This document shows positions 1 to 12,631 of a DNA stretch of 64,000 nucleotides, one piece after another. The stretch's first letter is position 1. Each line of letters begins with the position of its first letter. Both the position numbers and the translations under genes were made by a program. Source of the stretch: Paraspadella gotoi (Eukaryota > Animalia > Chaetognatha); NCBI GenBank assembly GCA_051294375.1, contig JBJCIZ010000239.1, positions 7,109,973 through 7,173,972 on the forward strand, read 5' to 3'. The notes below the pieces were generated by a model. That model was not told where the DNA came from and ran no database searches. It saw only the letters and a program-made list of their open reading frames with translations.

Positions 1-520
1 CTTTGCTCAATAATCGAGATAATGAAGACAAATGGCTTTAAAAAAAAACCAACAATGCGTAGATTGAGAAAAGAGAAAAAATCCGTAATGGGAATATTTA
101 ATAGCTTGTGCCTCTGGCTTTGGCCGGATCTCGGTCTCTTCTCTCTCTCTCTCATCTCTCTCTCTCTCTTCCTCTCCGCTCTCTCCTCTCTCTCCTCTCT
201 CTCTCTCTCTCTGCATCATACTCTTCCCAGTGCCCAGGGCTTGAAACATTTCAGTGTTCTAATCGCGCGGGCAACGTTGTGTTTGTTTTACACAAATTAA
301 CATACTGTAAAGGATGAGTGAGTTGGAAGAGAGAGAGAGAGAGAGAGAGAAGAGAGAGAGAGAAAGAGAGGAGAGAGAGCAAGAGGAGAGACGGAGAGGA
401 GAGAGAGAGAAGAGAGAGAGAAGAGAGAGAGAGGAGAAGAGAGAGGAGAGAGAGAGAAACGAGTTTCAGCGCGTTGCGAGGAAGTCCTGACTTAAAAATC
501 TGTTAGATAATATTTCTCGC
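1..520 (+). repeat. First copy of a local direct duplication (second copy 1048-1630), separated by a 25-N gap
   Basis: Unique segments AATCCGTAATGGGAATATTTAATAG, TGTTCTAATCGCGC and GAGTTTCAGCGC recur in the same order at 1048-1630 with scattered indels. Confidence 0.85.
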
Positions 521-588
521 AGAAGAGATAGAGAGAGAGAGAGAGAGGAGAGAGAAGAGAAGAGAGGAGAGAGAGAGAGAGAAGAAAA

Positions 589-619
<31 letters not shown>

Positions 620-973
620 GAACGAAGAGAGAGAGGAGAGAGAGATAGATAGTATAGAAAAACGAGGACATCGTCCTGCGCACGCGGCATGAAAAACTCT
701 CTCTCATCTCTTTAGCTCTCTCAACTCCACCCCCCTGCTCTATCCTCTCTCCTCGTCCCTGTCTCTCATCCGCATTCATTGGAATCATCTCCGCGCGCGT
801 CTCGTCTCCGCCCTCCACGCGCCCTCCTCCGCCCTCGCTCCTATTTCGCCCTTATCTACCCTCATCCTCTTCGGTCCCTTTCTTTGCTTGTTTGCGCGCA
901 CGTTCCTTCCTCTCCCTCCTCACGTCTCCATCTCGAGCTTGCGCCACTNNNNNNNNNNNNNNNNNNNNNNNNN

Positions 974-1005
<32 letters not shown>

Positions 1006-1212
1006 TCTCATCCTCTTATTCAAACTCCACAAAATTGCAAAAATCACCTTTGCATTCATAATCGAGTAATGAAGAACAAATGGACTTAAAAAAAACAACA
1101 ATGCGTTAGATTGAGAAAAAGAGAAAAATCCGTAATGGGAATATTTAATAGTTGTGCCTCTGGCTTTGGCCGGGAATCTCAGGCTCTCTCTCTTCTTCTC
1201 TCTCTCTCTCTA

Positions 1213-1268
<56 letters not shown>

Positions 1269-1648
1269 CTCTTCTCTCTCTCTCTCTCCTCTCTACTCTT
1301 CCCAGTGCCCGGGCTTGAACATTTCACGTGTTCTAATCGCGCTGGCAACGGTGTGGTTGTTTTACAAATTAACATACGTTAGGACTTGAGGTGACGTTGG
1401 AAGAGAAGAGAGAGAGAGAGAGCAGAGAGAGAGAGAGAGACGGAGAACGAGAGACGATCGCGAGGAAGACGATGCAGAGAGTCTAAGAGAGCAGAGACGG
1501 GAGAGGAGAGAGAGAGAAAGAGAGAAAGAAAGAGAGAGAGAGGAAAGAGAGAGGAGGAGAGAGAGAGAGGAGAAAGAGTTTCAGCGCATGGTGCGAGAAT
1601 GTCTGACTAAAATGTTAAGATAATTCTTGCATCCTCAGGCTTCTATCT

Positions 1649-1709
<61 letters not shown>

Positions 1710-1710
1710 C

Positions 1711-1853
1711 CTGCGACCCGGAGTCGAATTCATCCTGAAATATAAGCGGCTTAAATAAATACTGCCGTCGTTGGAAAAACGGGGCCGCACCAAGAAAGAC
1801 GATAAGATTGCGGTATGGTACGCTGTGCTGCATTGCGTTACTCAGCACGACAG
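1711..1853 (-). CDS. Candidate internal exon, ZP-C-like (..RRQYLFKPLIFQDEFDSGSQ)
   Basis: Acceptor GTGCAG| at 1854 and donor |GTGCGA at 1710 followed by a (GA)n tract; open frame; resembles the ZP-C RFxFxxFxF segment that precedes VYxHC (inference). Confidence 0.4.
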
Positions 1854-1974
1854 CTGCACTAAGTTGTGTTACGCTTCCCTTTAAGCCAGTAAGCGCTACA
1901 ATACATTTATAATATCACCAGCTTCAATGATAAAATCGTTCTTACTGAAGAATATCTTGAAATTGTACATCTAA

Positions 1975-2190
1975 TTTAAATATTATACATTCATTTAATA
2001 CTTAAGCTATTTGCCCCTGACTTGGGACGAAGCTATGAGTTAAGTCCTCCATCATTCTTATTTCATACGATAAGAAAGCCAAGCACTGGAAGTTGAAGCG
2101 TGCAGAGTTCCTGCTATGTTATTATCTTGTATGAGGGATTAGGATTATAGCTTATTGATTAAATGACTTGGATAATTTCTATATTGGATT
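1975..2190. mobile_element. Small element with inverted ends, member of dispersed repeat family C (CAACCAATAT..ATTATCCATTCATTTAATA..AAGCTAT..TGCCCCTGACTT)
   Basis: Motif on + at ~1980-2030 and inverted at ~2140-2190; related copies at 11330-11390(-), 40740-40865(-), 41900-42040(+), 53205-53320(+). Confidence 0.55.
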
Positions 2191-2303
2191 AGCGTATTTT
2201 ATACAATATTTACCTCGTCGTTTAGAAAACAACATACTTTGGGAAGATTGAAAACAAACACTGCAACTATTTTCGAAAGCCCCTATTTTCTTTTCCTAAT
2301 CCT

Positions 2304-2447
2304 TTGAAGAGACAGTAATTTATTGATAAGTGTTATGGACCAAAACTGTTCAATATTAAGCAGTCCCTGAGCTTCGATCAGGCGATGTACGTTGGCTCGC
2401 GCACCAATGGCCACTGATGGTAACGGTTGGTGGATTTTAGTCCACCA
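2304..2447 (-). mobile_element. Internally deleted copy of repeat family A, both termini retained
   Basis: Shares the TGAAGAGACAGT.. end and the ..GGTGGATTTTAGTCCACC end with 2644-2887 and 53728-53960 but lacks most of the tRNA-like centre. Confidence 0.75.
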
Positions 2448-2643
2448 TACTCGCCCGCGCTCCCGAGGAAGATGTCTGTTTGCGGTCTCTTCGTGAAATG
2501 TTTTGTTGTTGGTAGAAAGTTTTCGTACCAAAGTTGAGGCATGTCGCCTATGTGTTGGTGGGGCGGAAAGTGCATCGCCAGGTTGAGGCATGTCGCTGAA
2601 AGTGGTTGTTGTTGCTGTTGTGTTCGGAAGTCGGGCTCACCAT

Positions 2644-2887
2644 GAAGAGACAGTAATTATTGATAAGTGTTAATGACAGAACCGTTCAAGAAATATAAGC
2701 AGTCCCTTGAGCCTTCGGAATCAAGGCTGTAACACCATGTTACTAGGCCGGGTTAAGCGCCCGTGCCCTCTTAACTGCCAGACGACCACCGGGCTAGAAC
2801 CCCGGACCTTTGGCGTTGGGAGGCGAATGATCTTGCCATTTTCGGCACCAATGCCGCTGATGGAAACGTTGGTGTATTTTAGTCCAC
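2644..2887 (-). mobile_element. Repeat family A: ~235-bp tRNA-derived SINE-like element
   Basis: Reverse complement of 53728-53960; tRNA-like region with B-box-like GGTTCTAGCCC. Confidence 0.75.
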
Positions 2888-2899
2888 GCATACCTTGAA

Positions 2900-3130
2900 C
2901 TTAATTTTAACCTTAAAGATTTAACCCTAATCTCTTCCCTAATTCTTTACTAAATCCCCAACCTTAATTCTTGACCCTCATCTCTTATTCTAAATCCATG
3001 ATACTCAACCTTAATCATTTAAACTTATCTCCTAATGCTAAACCTAAATCCCCTAACCTAATCCCTAACCTAATCCCTAACCTAATACCCAGCTCTAATT
3101 CCTCACCGAATTCTTTAAACCAAAAAAATA
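2900..3130 (+). repeat. Degenerate (CCCTAA/CCTAAT)n tract of the telomere-like MITE family
   Basis: CCCTAACCTAAT repeats ending in CTCACCGAAT(T)CTTTAA, shared with 52480-52615. Confidence 0.6.
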
Positions 3131-3144
3131 TATTTCTGTTATTT

Positions 3145-3404
3145 CTGAATTTAGCAGAGCGACTCTATTAACACTTTTCGGTCGATCGCTCTGTCGGTCG
3201 GTTCGGTAATGTCTGTCCGTCGATCTGCGCACTTAGTTTAAAAAATGCATATAATTTACCTATATGTTAGTTTTCATTTGTTAAGCACAGAAAAACCTCA
3301 AATCTTGCGGCAGCCTTGGGGAAATCCTAAAACTAAAATGTGCGTATCATAAATTCAGAAAGTCAGTGCGGCGCAACGCATTGGATGGACCGATCTTGTT
3401 TTTT
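3145..3404 (+). mobile_element. Helentron-associated (HINE/DINE-1-like) non-autonomous element
   Basis: TTTAG..GCGACTCTAT start, (GTCG/GTCC)n tract and end GGACCGATCTTGTTTTT; the reverse complement of this end occurs at 54829 ahead of an (ACCG/ACAG)n tract. Confidence 0.5.
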
Positions 3405-6400
3405 ATATCCATCCATGTTTCCTTTTTTTTTTTTTTCATGATCGATGGGCGTTTTGCTTCGAGAAATTAATTTCGCTCATCGAGTTTTATAAAAGAAGAT
3501 TATTTTTTTTTGGAAAGAATTTTCGAGAAATTCTCGCGGTTAATTTCAGTAATTGGAGAATTCAATATTGTTCATTAACTCGTTTTACATTACAAAATAA
3601 AGATGGAGCAAAAATACTGAAAAAAATTAAGAGAGAGAGCAGAGAGAGAGGGAGAGAGAGAGGGAGAGAGAGAGGAGAGCAGAGAGAGGAAGAGAGAGAG
3701 AAAGAGAGATTTAATAGTCGTAACAGGAACAAAGCTTCGAAAATAAAACAATCGCTTGAAAGTGAAACATTACAACCGCCAAAAGATGGGAAGCCTTCCA
3801 AACGGTTTTTTGCAATTTCCGATTAATCAATGGGAGAAAATGGGCGGAAGAGAGAAGAGAAGATGAGAGAGAGAGAGAGAGGAGAGAGAGGACAAAGAGG
3901 AGAAAATTTATCTTTATAAAAAATAATAAGGCATTAAAGCTTACAACTTCATTATGTTTTAGTTTTTTAAAATTTAGGCATTCATCTTGTAATGAATATC
4001 TCAATTTACCTGAAAGAGACTTATAAAGAAGAGAGAGAGAGGAGAGAGAGGAGCGAGAAGGAGATGGGAGAGAGAGAGAGAGAGTCAGGGGAAGAGAGTC
4101 AGACAGACAGACACAGAGGACAAAATATTCAATAATATTTTTGTTTATTTCATCGCAGCGGACGGCGGTTAAACAATGAATTTTCAGATCAGTGACCGAT
4201 CAGACGACCGAAGAACATTTCAGTACCATAAATCGGGGAGGCATTACGGGTAAGAAACTAATACGTTGTTGATATAACGAAATATGAATGATTATAAAAA
4301 TTAATAAAATACCATAAACAAGGAGCATTAGTCACCGTCTTTTTTAATTTTAAAACTTAAGAAAACGAGCTTTGGATGTGAATACCCGTGACATATTTGT
4401 GTCCACATCAGGAATTGATGGACAGTTTTATTGCAACGTACTAGGTCGTCACTATGCTCTCGCGAACGAAAAACTAGTTTACATTATACTGTACTGTACA
4501 TAAATTTGGAGGTATCAACAATCAGTTTGTTTGGTGGTTGAGTCAAAATGGAGATCGGTAGTTCTTTCAATACTCTGTTGCAAACAGCTAGCTGCTGGAG
4601 TGCAAGCTTAAAATAGAAAAAAATAAAATAAAAAAATGAGCAAAAATATATAGACGATGATTTAACAAACGTGTGGGAAAGCTAAACAGATGGCGGTCCG
4701 GCAAGTAGAGAGGAGAAGAGGAGAGAGATGCCAGCGGGATGGCCTGAGAGATGAGAGCAGGAAGAGAGCAGAATGAGAGAGAGACGACAGAGGAGAGGAG
4801 AGGAGAGATGTTAACAAGAATGGAAAGGTGCAATAAATCAGCGGAGGGGATGTCGGCCAGTGAAACTACGCTTCTGGGAAGACGAAAATATGACTGGGAA
4901 GGCGAGAGGAGGAACCGAAAGGAAGGGGCAGAGATGGCTTGGGTCTGGAAAGCACGGGGATGTTTAGAAGGAGGTTAGGGTGGGGTAGGGAATTATATAA
5001 TATTAATTCATGAACGATGATGAACATTAATTTATAAAAAAAAGAATTTTTTTTTCTATGTTTTTTTTTATTTTCGCAGTTAGGCATTATATATTCATAA
5101 ATTTCAAATAGGCTTGCTATCTTATGGCAGATTTTAAACATTTTTCATCAAAAGTTAATAAAAGAAATATAATTAACATTAAGTGGCGGGGTTAAAATTA
5201 AAAAAACAGTATTTCAACATATTAAAAAACTTATTGTTCAGCTTATAAAATATAAGTTTTTATGATTTGGACGATTATTAAGACTTGTTTTTTAATTTTT
5301 GTACTAAAACCATTTTGAAATTTGTAATATTTATTAGAGTTATTAATAGGTATAAATGTTGTGCTACTCAATAATTTAAAAAAATATATTAACATTTTTA
5401 TTGCTATTATTGAAGTACAGAGGTTCATTCATCACTTTTAAAGATATTTAAGTTAAAATTTAGGAATTTTTACCAACGCCTTCTCAGTGTTAGGGGGGGG
5501 GGGCGCGGATGTACGGAAGGGTGTGGAGGTCTTGGATGTTGATGGGAGGGGGTGTGGGGAATTGAGGGGTGTGGTGTGCGCAAGGGGGCGGGAGGTAGAC
5601 GAAAAGTAGAAAAGTCTAACTTTGCGACTGATGAGTATAAATTGTTTTTCTCTGACGGGTTTCTCTGAATTGGGTTTCCGATTCGAATATGCCTCCCTCT
5701 TTATCCCCCCACACACACGGCCCACTGTACCGTTGTTTCACACATAAAAAAAATATTGATCTAAACACAATTTTTTTTAACTCAACCAAACTCTGGAAAA
5801 AGCCCCCAGTTTTAAAATTCCAGAATTAATTTAATCTTTTTAAGTTAACAGAAGTAGTAGTTAAGAGTTTGGCTAGTGATTGAGATAAGAGATTTTGGTC
5901 AGTGAGTAGGATTAGGTAGAGATTAGGTTACTAATAGATAATTGTTTTGTGATTAGGGAATTGGGATTTAGGGTTTTAATGATTTGTGATAATTGTAAGT
6001 GTTATGTTAATATTATAAGTTGGTGATAATCTATGAAATGATGATCATGATGAATGTGATTAGTTAACGTTTGTTCTACACGTGGTACTGTACTTACTGG
6101 TAACACAGAGTTATAACAATCTAAGGGGAGGCCAGTCTCAACCACGAGGGTCAAGGGGAATGATGTGATTAGTGCCTGAAGAAGAAAGATCGCTGTTCGC
6201 GAAGATTCTTTATAAGCTTTAATGAATTTTTCTTTATATGTATATGTAGATGTACTCTGATATTAAACCATAAATGGATATTTTGTTTCTAGATTCGAAA
6301 TCGACACTTTCATTTTCCAATGATATTTTTCGATGACCGTGAGTAATAATCTGATACGAAGAATGTTTTTTTGCGAGTTGCGAGAGCACTTTATAAGTCA

Positions 6401-6654
6401 GCTTCTTCTCTCTGTCTATCTGTATGGGTCGTCAGTCGCTCGGTTGATTGTTTGATTGATTTGGCAATTCTGTCTCTGTCCAAACTATCAACCAATCAAA
6501 TTATTTAAATCAATCAGAACCAAAATCCAACCAACTTCAATCGAATAAATCAAATCAATCAATAGCATCAGATCGTAATCAATCAATCATCAAATAAATC
6601 TATTTCATCCAATGTCACATCAAATCCCCTCTTCATCCCAGGCCCTTTGTCAGT

Positions 6655-6760
6655 CCGTCCTCGCACGAGCTTCCCGCCTCCAGTGCATCGCCTGCCCGAG
6701 AATTCCTCGTCCGCGGATCATGTGCGGTGACGCCCACTTTCGAATTCGTTGGAGGGACCC
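6655..6760 (-). CDS. Candidate exon, ZP-C-like (..KWASP(H)DP..KLV(E)DG) with read frameshifts
   Basis: GC-rich island in AT-rich flanks; acceptor CGCAG| at 6761; resembles ZP-C CWATPxxDP..LIxxG|C; no clean donor visible. Confidence 0.3.
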
Positions 6761-7926
6761 CTGCGGTCAAATAATCTCCGAGATGGGATTTGGGTCAGGA
6801 GGAGTGTACTATTGTGTTTTTTTGTTTTTTTATTATTTATTTATTATTTATTTATATTATATTTATTATTTATTTAATTTATTGATTTATTGATTTATTG
6901 TTTTATTGATTGATTGATTATATTATTTATTTATTGTATGTTATGTGGTTTATTTTTTTATTTATTTATTTATTTATTTTTTATTTTTATTTTTTTATTT
7001 TTGATTATTTATTTATTTATTTATTTATTCTATTTATTTAATTTATTTAATTTAATTTTTTTTTTTTTATTTTTTTCTAATTTTTTTATTGATTTGTATG
7101 TTGATTTATTTTTTTATTTTTTTATTTTTTATTTATTATAGTTGATTTATCTATTGATTATTAGTGTTATTTAATTTTTTATTATATTGTATTTATTGTT
7201 TTTTTGATTGTATTAGAATTTTATGGTTTCTTTTCCTTTTAAGATTCTTTTGTATTGAATTTGAAGACTTACTTTAAATTTCATTTACAGGGCTGAACTC
7301 TTTTACTAAAAATCACATCATTTAAGGAATTTAGCTAAATATTAAAAGAAACAGAGGAAGAGAGATGAGCGAAGTAACAAAAAACGAGACCCTCTTTGAA
7401 TATCAAACAGTAGAAGTGTGGTGGTCGGAGAATGGAATGATACAACAGGAGTCGCATTTAAAAATGTATGAGGAAGAAGTTTCGAAGAAGAAAACAAAGA
7501 AAATGAAGTATAAAAGGAAAGTAAGAAAACTGTTGCCTCCCGACGCGTGATTTTTTTAAGGAGGGGGATGGTGTTGTGAAGAAAAGTGACGATGACGTGG
7601 CTGAGATACAATGGCGCGTTATTTTTCATGAACGCTCCATTTATTTTTAATTTTGTATTCTGAAATCATTTTTTTGTGAGAGTATTGGTGTGTGAAAGTT
7701 AGGTCATAACAGCAAAAATGAAAATGATACGAAAATATGCGAGATGGTGTGAGAGGAAAAGAGAAGAGAGATGGAGAGAGAATTTGATTGGAATAGAGGA
7801 AAATAGACAACAAAATAAATAAGTCTAGGTCGCTTTTGCGACTGCCGCGTGCGTATATTCGCTGCGAGGGTGCCGCGATAAGTCTCTCGGGTCATAAACC
7901 GCAAGGAATGGTGCCTGTCGTCTCAC

Positions 7927-8075
7927 CCTGGATCTGGAAGGCCGCGCCGGAACGACGCGGGGCATGGCGGCGGCCGGCGTGGGCGGGCGTCAATCGCCAA
8001 TTGCGCGGGGGCCCTAAGTTCGACTATATGTTGTACGGACCGATGGCGCGACGTTCGTTGTCCGTCGTCCGATTG
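7927..8075 (-). CDS. Candidate exon of the minus-strand gene (noisy)
   Basis: GC-rich island ending TTCCAGATCCAGG|GTGAGA (donor at 7926); frame not recoverable. Confidence 0.2.
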
Positions 8076-9049
8076 TGATGAGAAAAATGATCGGGACTCC
8101 AAAGGTGGTTCTCTTCGGAAGAGCTACGGCGATTTCGTTCAATTAAGTTTTGTTTAAGGTCGAACAATTAGTGAGGTTTAGGGCGAGGGAGGAGGGTCTA
8201 TCGCGATAGGGCATTTAGGGATGGGAAATTGGTTAGAGTTTGGCCAAGGATTGGATTAAATTTTTAGGAAAAATATTCAGAAGCAAGAATATTTAAGGCG
8301 GCCAGCGGCGGTTGGGCGCAGTGGCGGTGGCCAGCGGGCAGCGGCGCGGTACTTTCGCTAGCTAACTAGATTAAGGAAAGAGTGCTTTCTGTTCTATTTG
8401 ATATTTTTCGATTAAAAAAAAATGGCCGACGACGAAAAGATGAGCCGACGACGGCGACGATGAAGAAGACTGACTACATCGTGGAAACGAGATTCGATTA
8501 TAATTCACTGACGATTATTGTTTCTTATTATTCGGAGAAAAAACCCTACAGTTATTGGTGGTTGATTGGTTGTGGTGGACGAATTGTTGATTTTGTTGAT
8601 TGCTATAGTTTTTGTTTAGTAAATTGTTGGCTGGTTACGTATAATTGATTGATTTGTTGGTTTGGTTGGTTTGATTTGGTTGTACTAAAGAGTTAATTGG
8701 TTTGGTGGGTATGTTAGTTTGTGTTGGTAGCAGTCACTTGCTTTTGATTGCTTGGTTGGTTTGTTAGTATGTTGTTGGTTGGTGCTGTATCGGTTTTGGG
8801 TGTTGTTTTTGATTGGTGGTTGGAGTTAAGAATTAATTGCTGTGAGTTGTTTTGGTTTTTGATTGTCGTGAAGAGAGAACAATTGATCGAATTCGTATCC
8901 GCTGCGATCAGATGCATCGGATCATGATTGGGTTGGTGAGTCTTTATTGATGTGTTGCTATGACCTGGGTGGTGGATTTGTTAGTTTTTCTTCACAGGGC
9001 TCTCGGCCTCGCCTTCGGGTTATCGTTACATAACAAGATTCCTCCATCA

Positions 9050-9380
9050 ATGTCCGCCATTTTATTCTCCCGCCTATCTCGCATGATCCTGGTCAACGCC
9101 ATACTTTTTATTCTCCCGCACTCGACGTCAATCCATCTCTTTTATTTCCGCCCGTCGACGGTCTAAACGCCATCTTTTATTCTCCGCATTGTCGATGTCA
9201 ATGCCATTTCTTTATTCTCCCGCCATCAACGTTCATACGCCACATCTTTATTCTCCCCCCGCCTGTCGATGTCATACCGCCTTCTGCTTTTATTTCTCCC
9301 GCCTTATCAACGTCATACATATGCCATCTTATTCTCCCCGGCCATCTTTTATTCTCCCGCCGTCGCCGTCAAACGCCAGT
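9050..9380 (+). repeat. Minisatellite, ~36-bp unit GTCGACGTCAACGCCATCTTTTATTCTCCCGCC, ~9 copies
   Basis: Repeated GCCATCTTTTATTCTCCCGC core. Confidence 0.85.
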
Positions 9381-9782
9381 CTTTGATTTCACCTTCCTTG
9401 AAACGCGATTCTTTTAATCTCGACGCGCGGTCGGAAAAAAAGATGGAAAGGGAAATTCGTCATATTCATTAAAGTGGGAGGGGGTGAGAATTAAGGAGGA
9501 ATAAAAAAAGAGGGGAATAAAAAAGTAAAAAAAAAGAGAAAAACAAGAAAAGAAAAACAAAACTTTAAATGTACAAAGTCATATTTTTAAAGAACCTTAA
9601 AAATTGACGACATAAAACAAAAAGTATTGAACTAAAAGGTGAGATTAAAGATCAGTAGATTCTACAATAAATCAAGTTTTATTTATTTTACTTTATTGTA
9701 TTTAATACTTTTTTCTCCCCGTCTTCTCTGTTTTCCATTTCTGCTTTCGCTCTGTCTTTCTTTCTCTGTCTCTCTTTCTTTC

Positions 9783-9817
<35 letters not shown>

Positions 9818-9818
9818 A

Positions 9819-9850
<32 letters not shown>

Positions 9851-9980
9851 AGGCCTCAACGCCCACCAAAAATCCAACCAGCATCGATTTTCCTCGTCGT
9901 CATTTCTTTGCATTTTTCCAAGTCTCTCTCTCACCTCTCTTCTCTCTCTCTCTCTTCTCCCTATCTACCTATCTAATCTC

Positions 9981-10041
<61 letters not shown>

Positions 10042-10361
10042 ACTATCTTCTATCTCTCTTCTCACCTCGCTAAGAGAATCATTTTCTCTCCTTGCTGCTG
10101 ATATACATATTGAGTCTCTCTCTCTCGCTCACTCTCTCTCCTTATCTCTCTCTCTATCGTTCTCTCCCCTTATAAAAAATCCTGTAAGTCTGGGAGAGGA
10201 GATTCTATCCTTTCTTTCATTTTCTTTTTCTTTCTTTTTTTTCTTTCTGTTCACCCCCCCCGCATTCTTTGTATAAAATAAAAAGCGACAGAACAAAATT
10301 TTCTTTTTTTTCTACCTCGGAATTAGTTAATTTTTTATTCTCCTCCTCCTCTTCCTCTTAC

Positions 10362-10467
10362 CTCCTCCTCCTCCTTCAGCTTCGGCGGAACCTCATCCTC
10401 GCAATGCCAAATGGTAACCGGGAAATCCATTCATCCAACGTTACGTGCGATTGGACCCGACGCACAA
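10362..10467 (-). CDS. Candidate exon (..DFPVTIWHCEDEVPPKLKEEEE)
   Basis: Acceptor CTAG| at 10468 and strong donor GAG|GTAAGA at 10361; needs a frameshift; a plus-strand AG..|GTAAAG pair also fits. Confidence 0.25.
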
Positions 10468-11041
10468 CTAGTTGTTTGAGGTAAAGGAGGATGAGATAGA
10501 GGGAGGAATGGAGAGCGAGAGAGAGAGAACCGAAAGAGGAAGTATGGAGAGGACTGTGACAGGATGAGTAGAGAGAGAGAGAATGTCACCGTGATGAATA
10601 GGCGAGTTTCAGATCTGTGTTAGATGGAAAATGGAACACTCGTTGAAGAAGCGGATGAAGAACAAAAGCTCATATTTACCCTAGATATGCTAATATAGTA
10701 TAGATAGGCAGATAAGTAGTTTATAAGAATGAGAAAAAGATTGAATTTTTCACAACAAAAAATTTTTTCGCAATATGTTACATACGAGGTTTTTGAATAG
10801 AGCATTGGATATCTTTTAGTTGGTAAAGGCAATTTGACATTGATGAAGAATAAAAATGTTATTGTATTAACAATATTAAGAATCTATTATAATAAAAACA
10901 TCAATCTTTTCCTTATCTAAATTCAACAACAAAATGAGAAAAAAAAACAAACAAAAAATACGAATAAAAAATAGTGATGTAAGTGAATAAGAATAATATA
11001 GATTGTCGTATGACTTCTCTCTCTGCGGATCGTGCTCACAG

Positions 11042-11078
<37 letters not shown>

Positions 11079-11468
11079 AGAAAAAAAGTGGTTCTTAGGT
11101 TTACAAATAAAAATATTAGGTATTTAATGATATTAATAAAAATATAAAAATGTATAAATCAAAATATTACGGAGGTAATAAATTAGGCTCGGAGAGAGTT
11201 TTGATTGAAAGCTTGCAGGGTCTTGCTATACTATTATATTCTCAAGTCTCAACTGCTTACTTTTTCCACACATCTCTGTCTTGTAATACTTATCTTATTA
11301 CTGTAAATGCTGTTTGTATGAATTTGTATCATTCCCAAGTCAAGGGCATATAGCTTCGTTAATGAATGAATCTATATATTTTTTTGGTTGAAAGAGAGAG
11401 ATTGCAGAGAGACGAAGAAGAGAGAGAGACGAGAGGGAGAGAGAGAGTAGGAGGAGAGAAGAGAGCGA

Positions 11469-11499
<31 letters not shown>

Positions 11500-12497
11500 G
11501 AGGAGAAAAACGATAGAAGAGATGAGAGAAGTAGAGAGAGATTCGTCTGCCAGTTATCAGTAATTTTGCTTAAGTCAAACAAGGTCATACCGGTGGAGGG
11601 GTATAGCGAATGACGATGGATTTGTAATAGAGTAGAGAATAGAGGAGCGCAGAGAGAGAGAGAGAGAGGAGAGAGGATGGAGGAAGACGAGAGAGAAAGA
11701 TCTGTAGAGAGACGGAGAGAGCAGAGAAGAGCAAGCTTATGGAAGGTCGTTATTTGGTAGAGGAACGTCTGTCGTCTGTCTAATTGCGAGACGAAGCGAG
11801 TCGAATGATGAAGATGCCACAGATATAAATTGTGACGTAATAAGTTTGAAATATCAATAATAATCACTAATGCAAAACCAAAAAAAATATATAGGGAGAC
11901 ATACACATTACACACATTATGAGAAAGAGAGAGAAAGAGAGAGATTTAAAATTCTTATAAAAAATATTATATTTCGCTTAAATTTTCGCTAACCTCCAAG
12001 ACAGCTAATACTTCTTACTAGTACGGTTTCCGGCAGTCAAAAACCCTAATGGTCGCGATAGCCGACCAAATTAAAATTTTAATGGGAACGGTATTAAACG
12101 AATCCATTCATGGTATTAGTTATTGGGTTAAAACATTTTTTTGCAAAAATGTTCCGAACCATGAGTAATTCGCTAATTAAAATTATTATTTTGCTATATA
12201 ATGTAAAACAGTTTTATATTTTAAGTTTTTTTAATTGATTCTGATAGAGCTCAAAAAGTTAGGCAAAAAATATAATTACAACTTTTTAAAATTTTGATGT
12301 TTCGTTACTAAAAATGAGCAAAAACTATTAAAATTATCGGATGATGATGATGAGGATGATTTTTTAAAAATATTGTAAAAAGAATTATACTTTGTGTAGA
12401 CAACTTTTTATAAGCTATCTGAATCTGCTTTTAAAAATACAAAATGCCAAAAAATTTTTTTGACATTTCCCATCTATAAATAAATATTAAAAAATTA

Positions 12498-12631
12498 ATT
12501 ACTAATGCTGCTAGCCATTTTAGAAAATTTTGGTCCATTGAAAGTTTTCTCAGAAATGTATGAAGTTTCATTTGGGAAGGTTCCCAAATCAAACTTCTGA
12601 CCAACCCCATTGACAAAGTTTGGCTCTACTT
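12498..12631 (+). repeat. ~130-bp dispersed repeat (also 20083-20232 on -, 25200-25331 on +)
   Basis: GCTAGCCATTTT..GAAGTTTCATTTGG..CAAACTTC..CCCCATTGACAAAGTTTG..TCTACT shared. Confidence 0.8.

Noticed and set aside
7-1600. ER/RE- and SL-rich ORFs here and throughout the window
   Set aside because: They are translations of (GA)n/(CT)n microsatellites.
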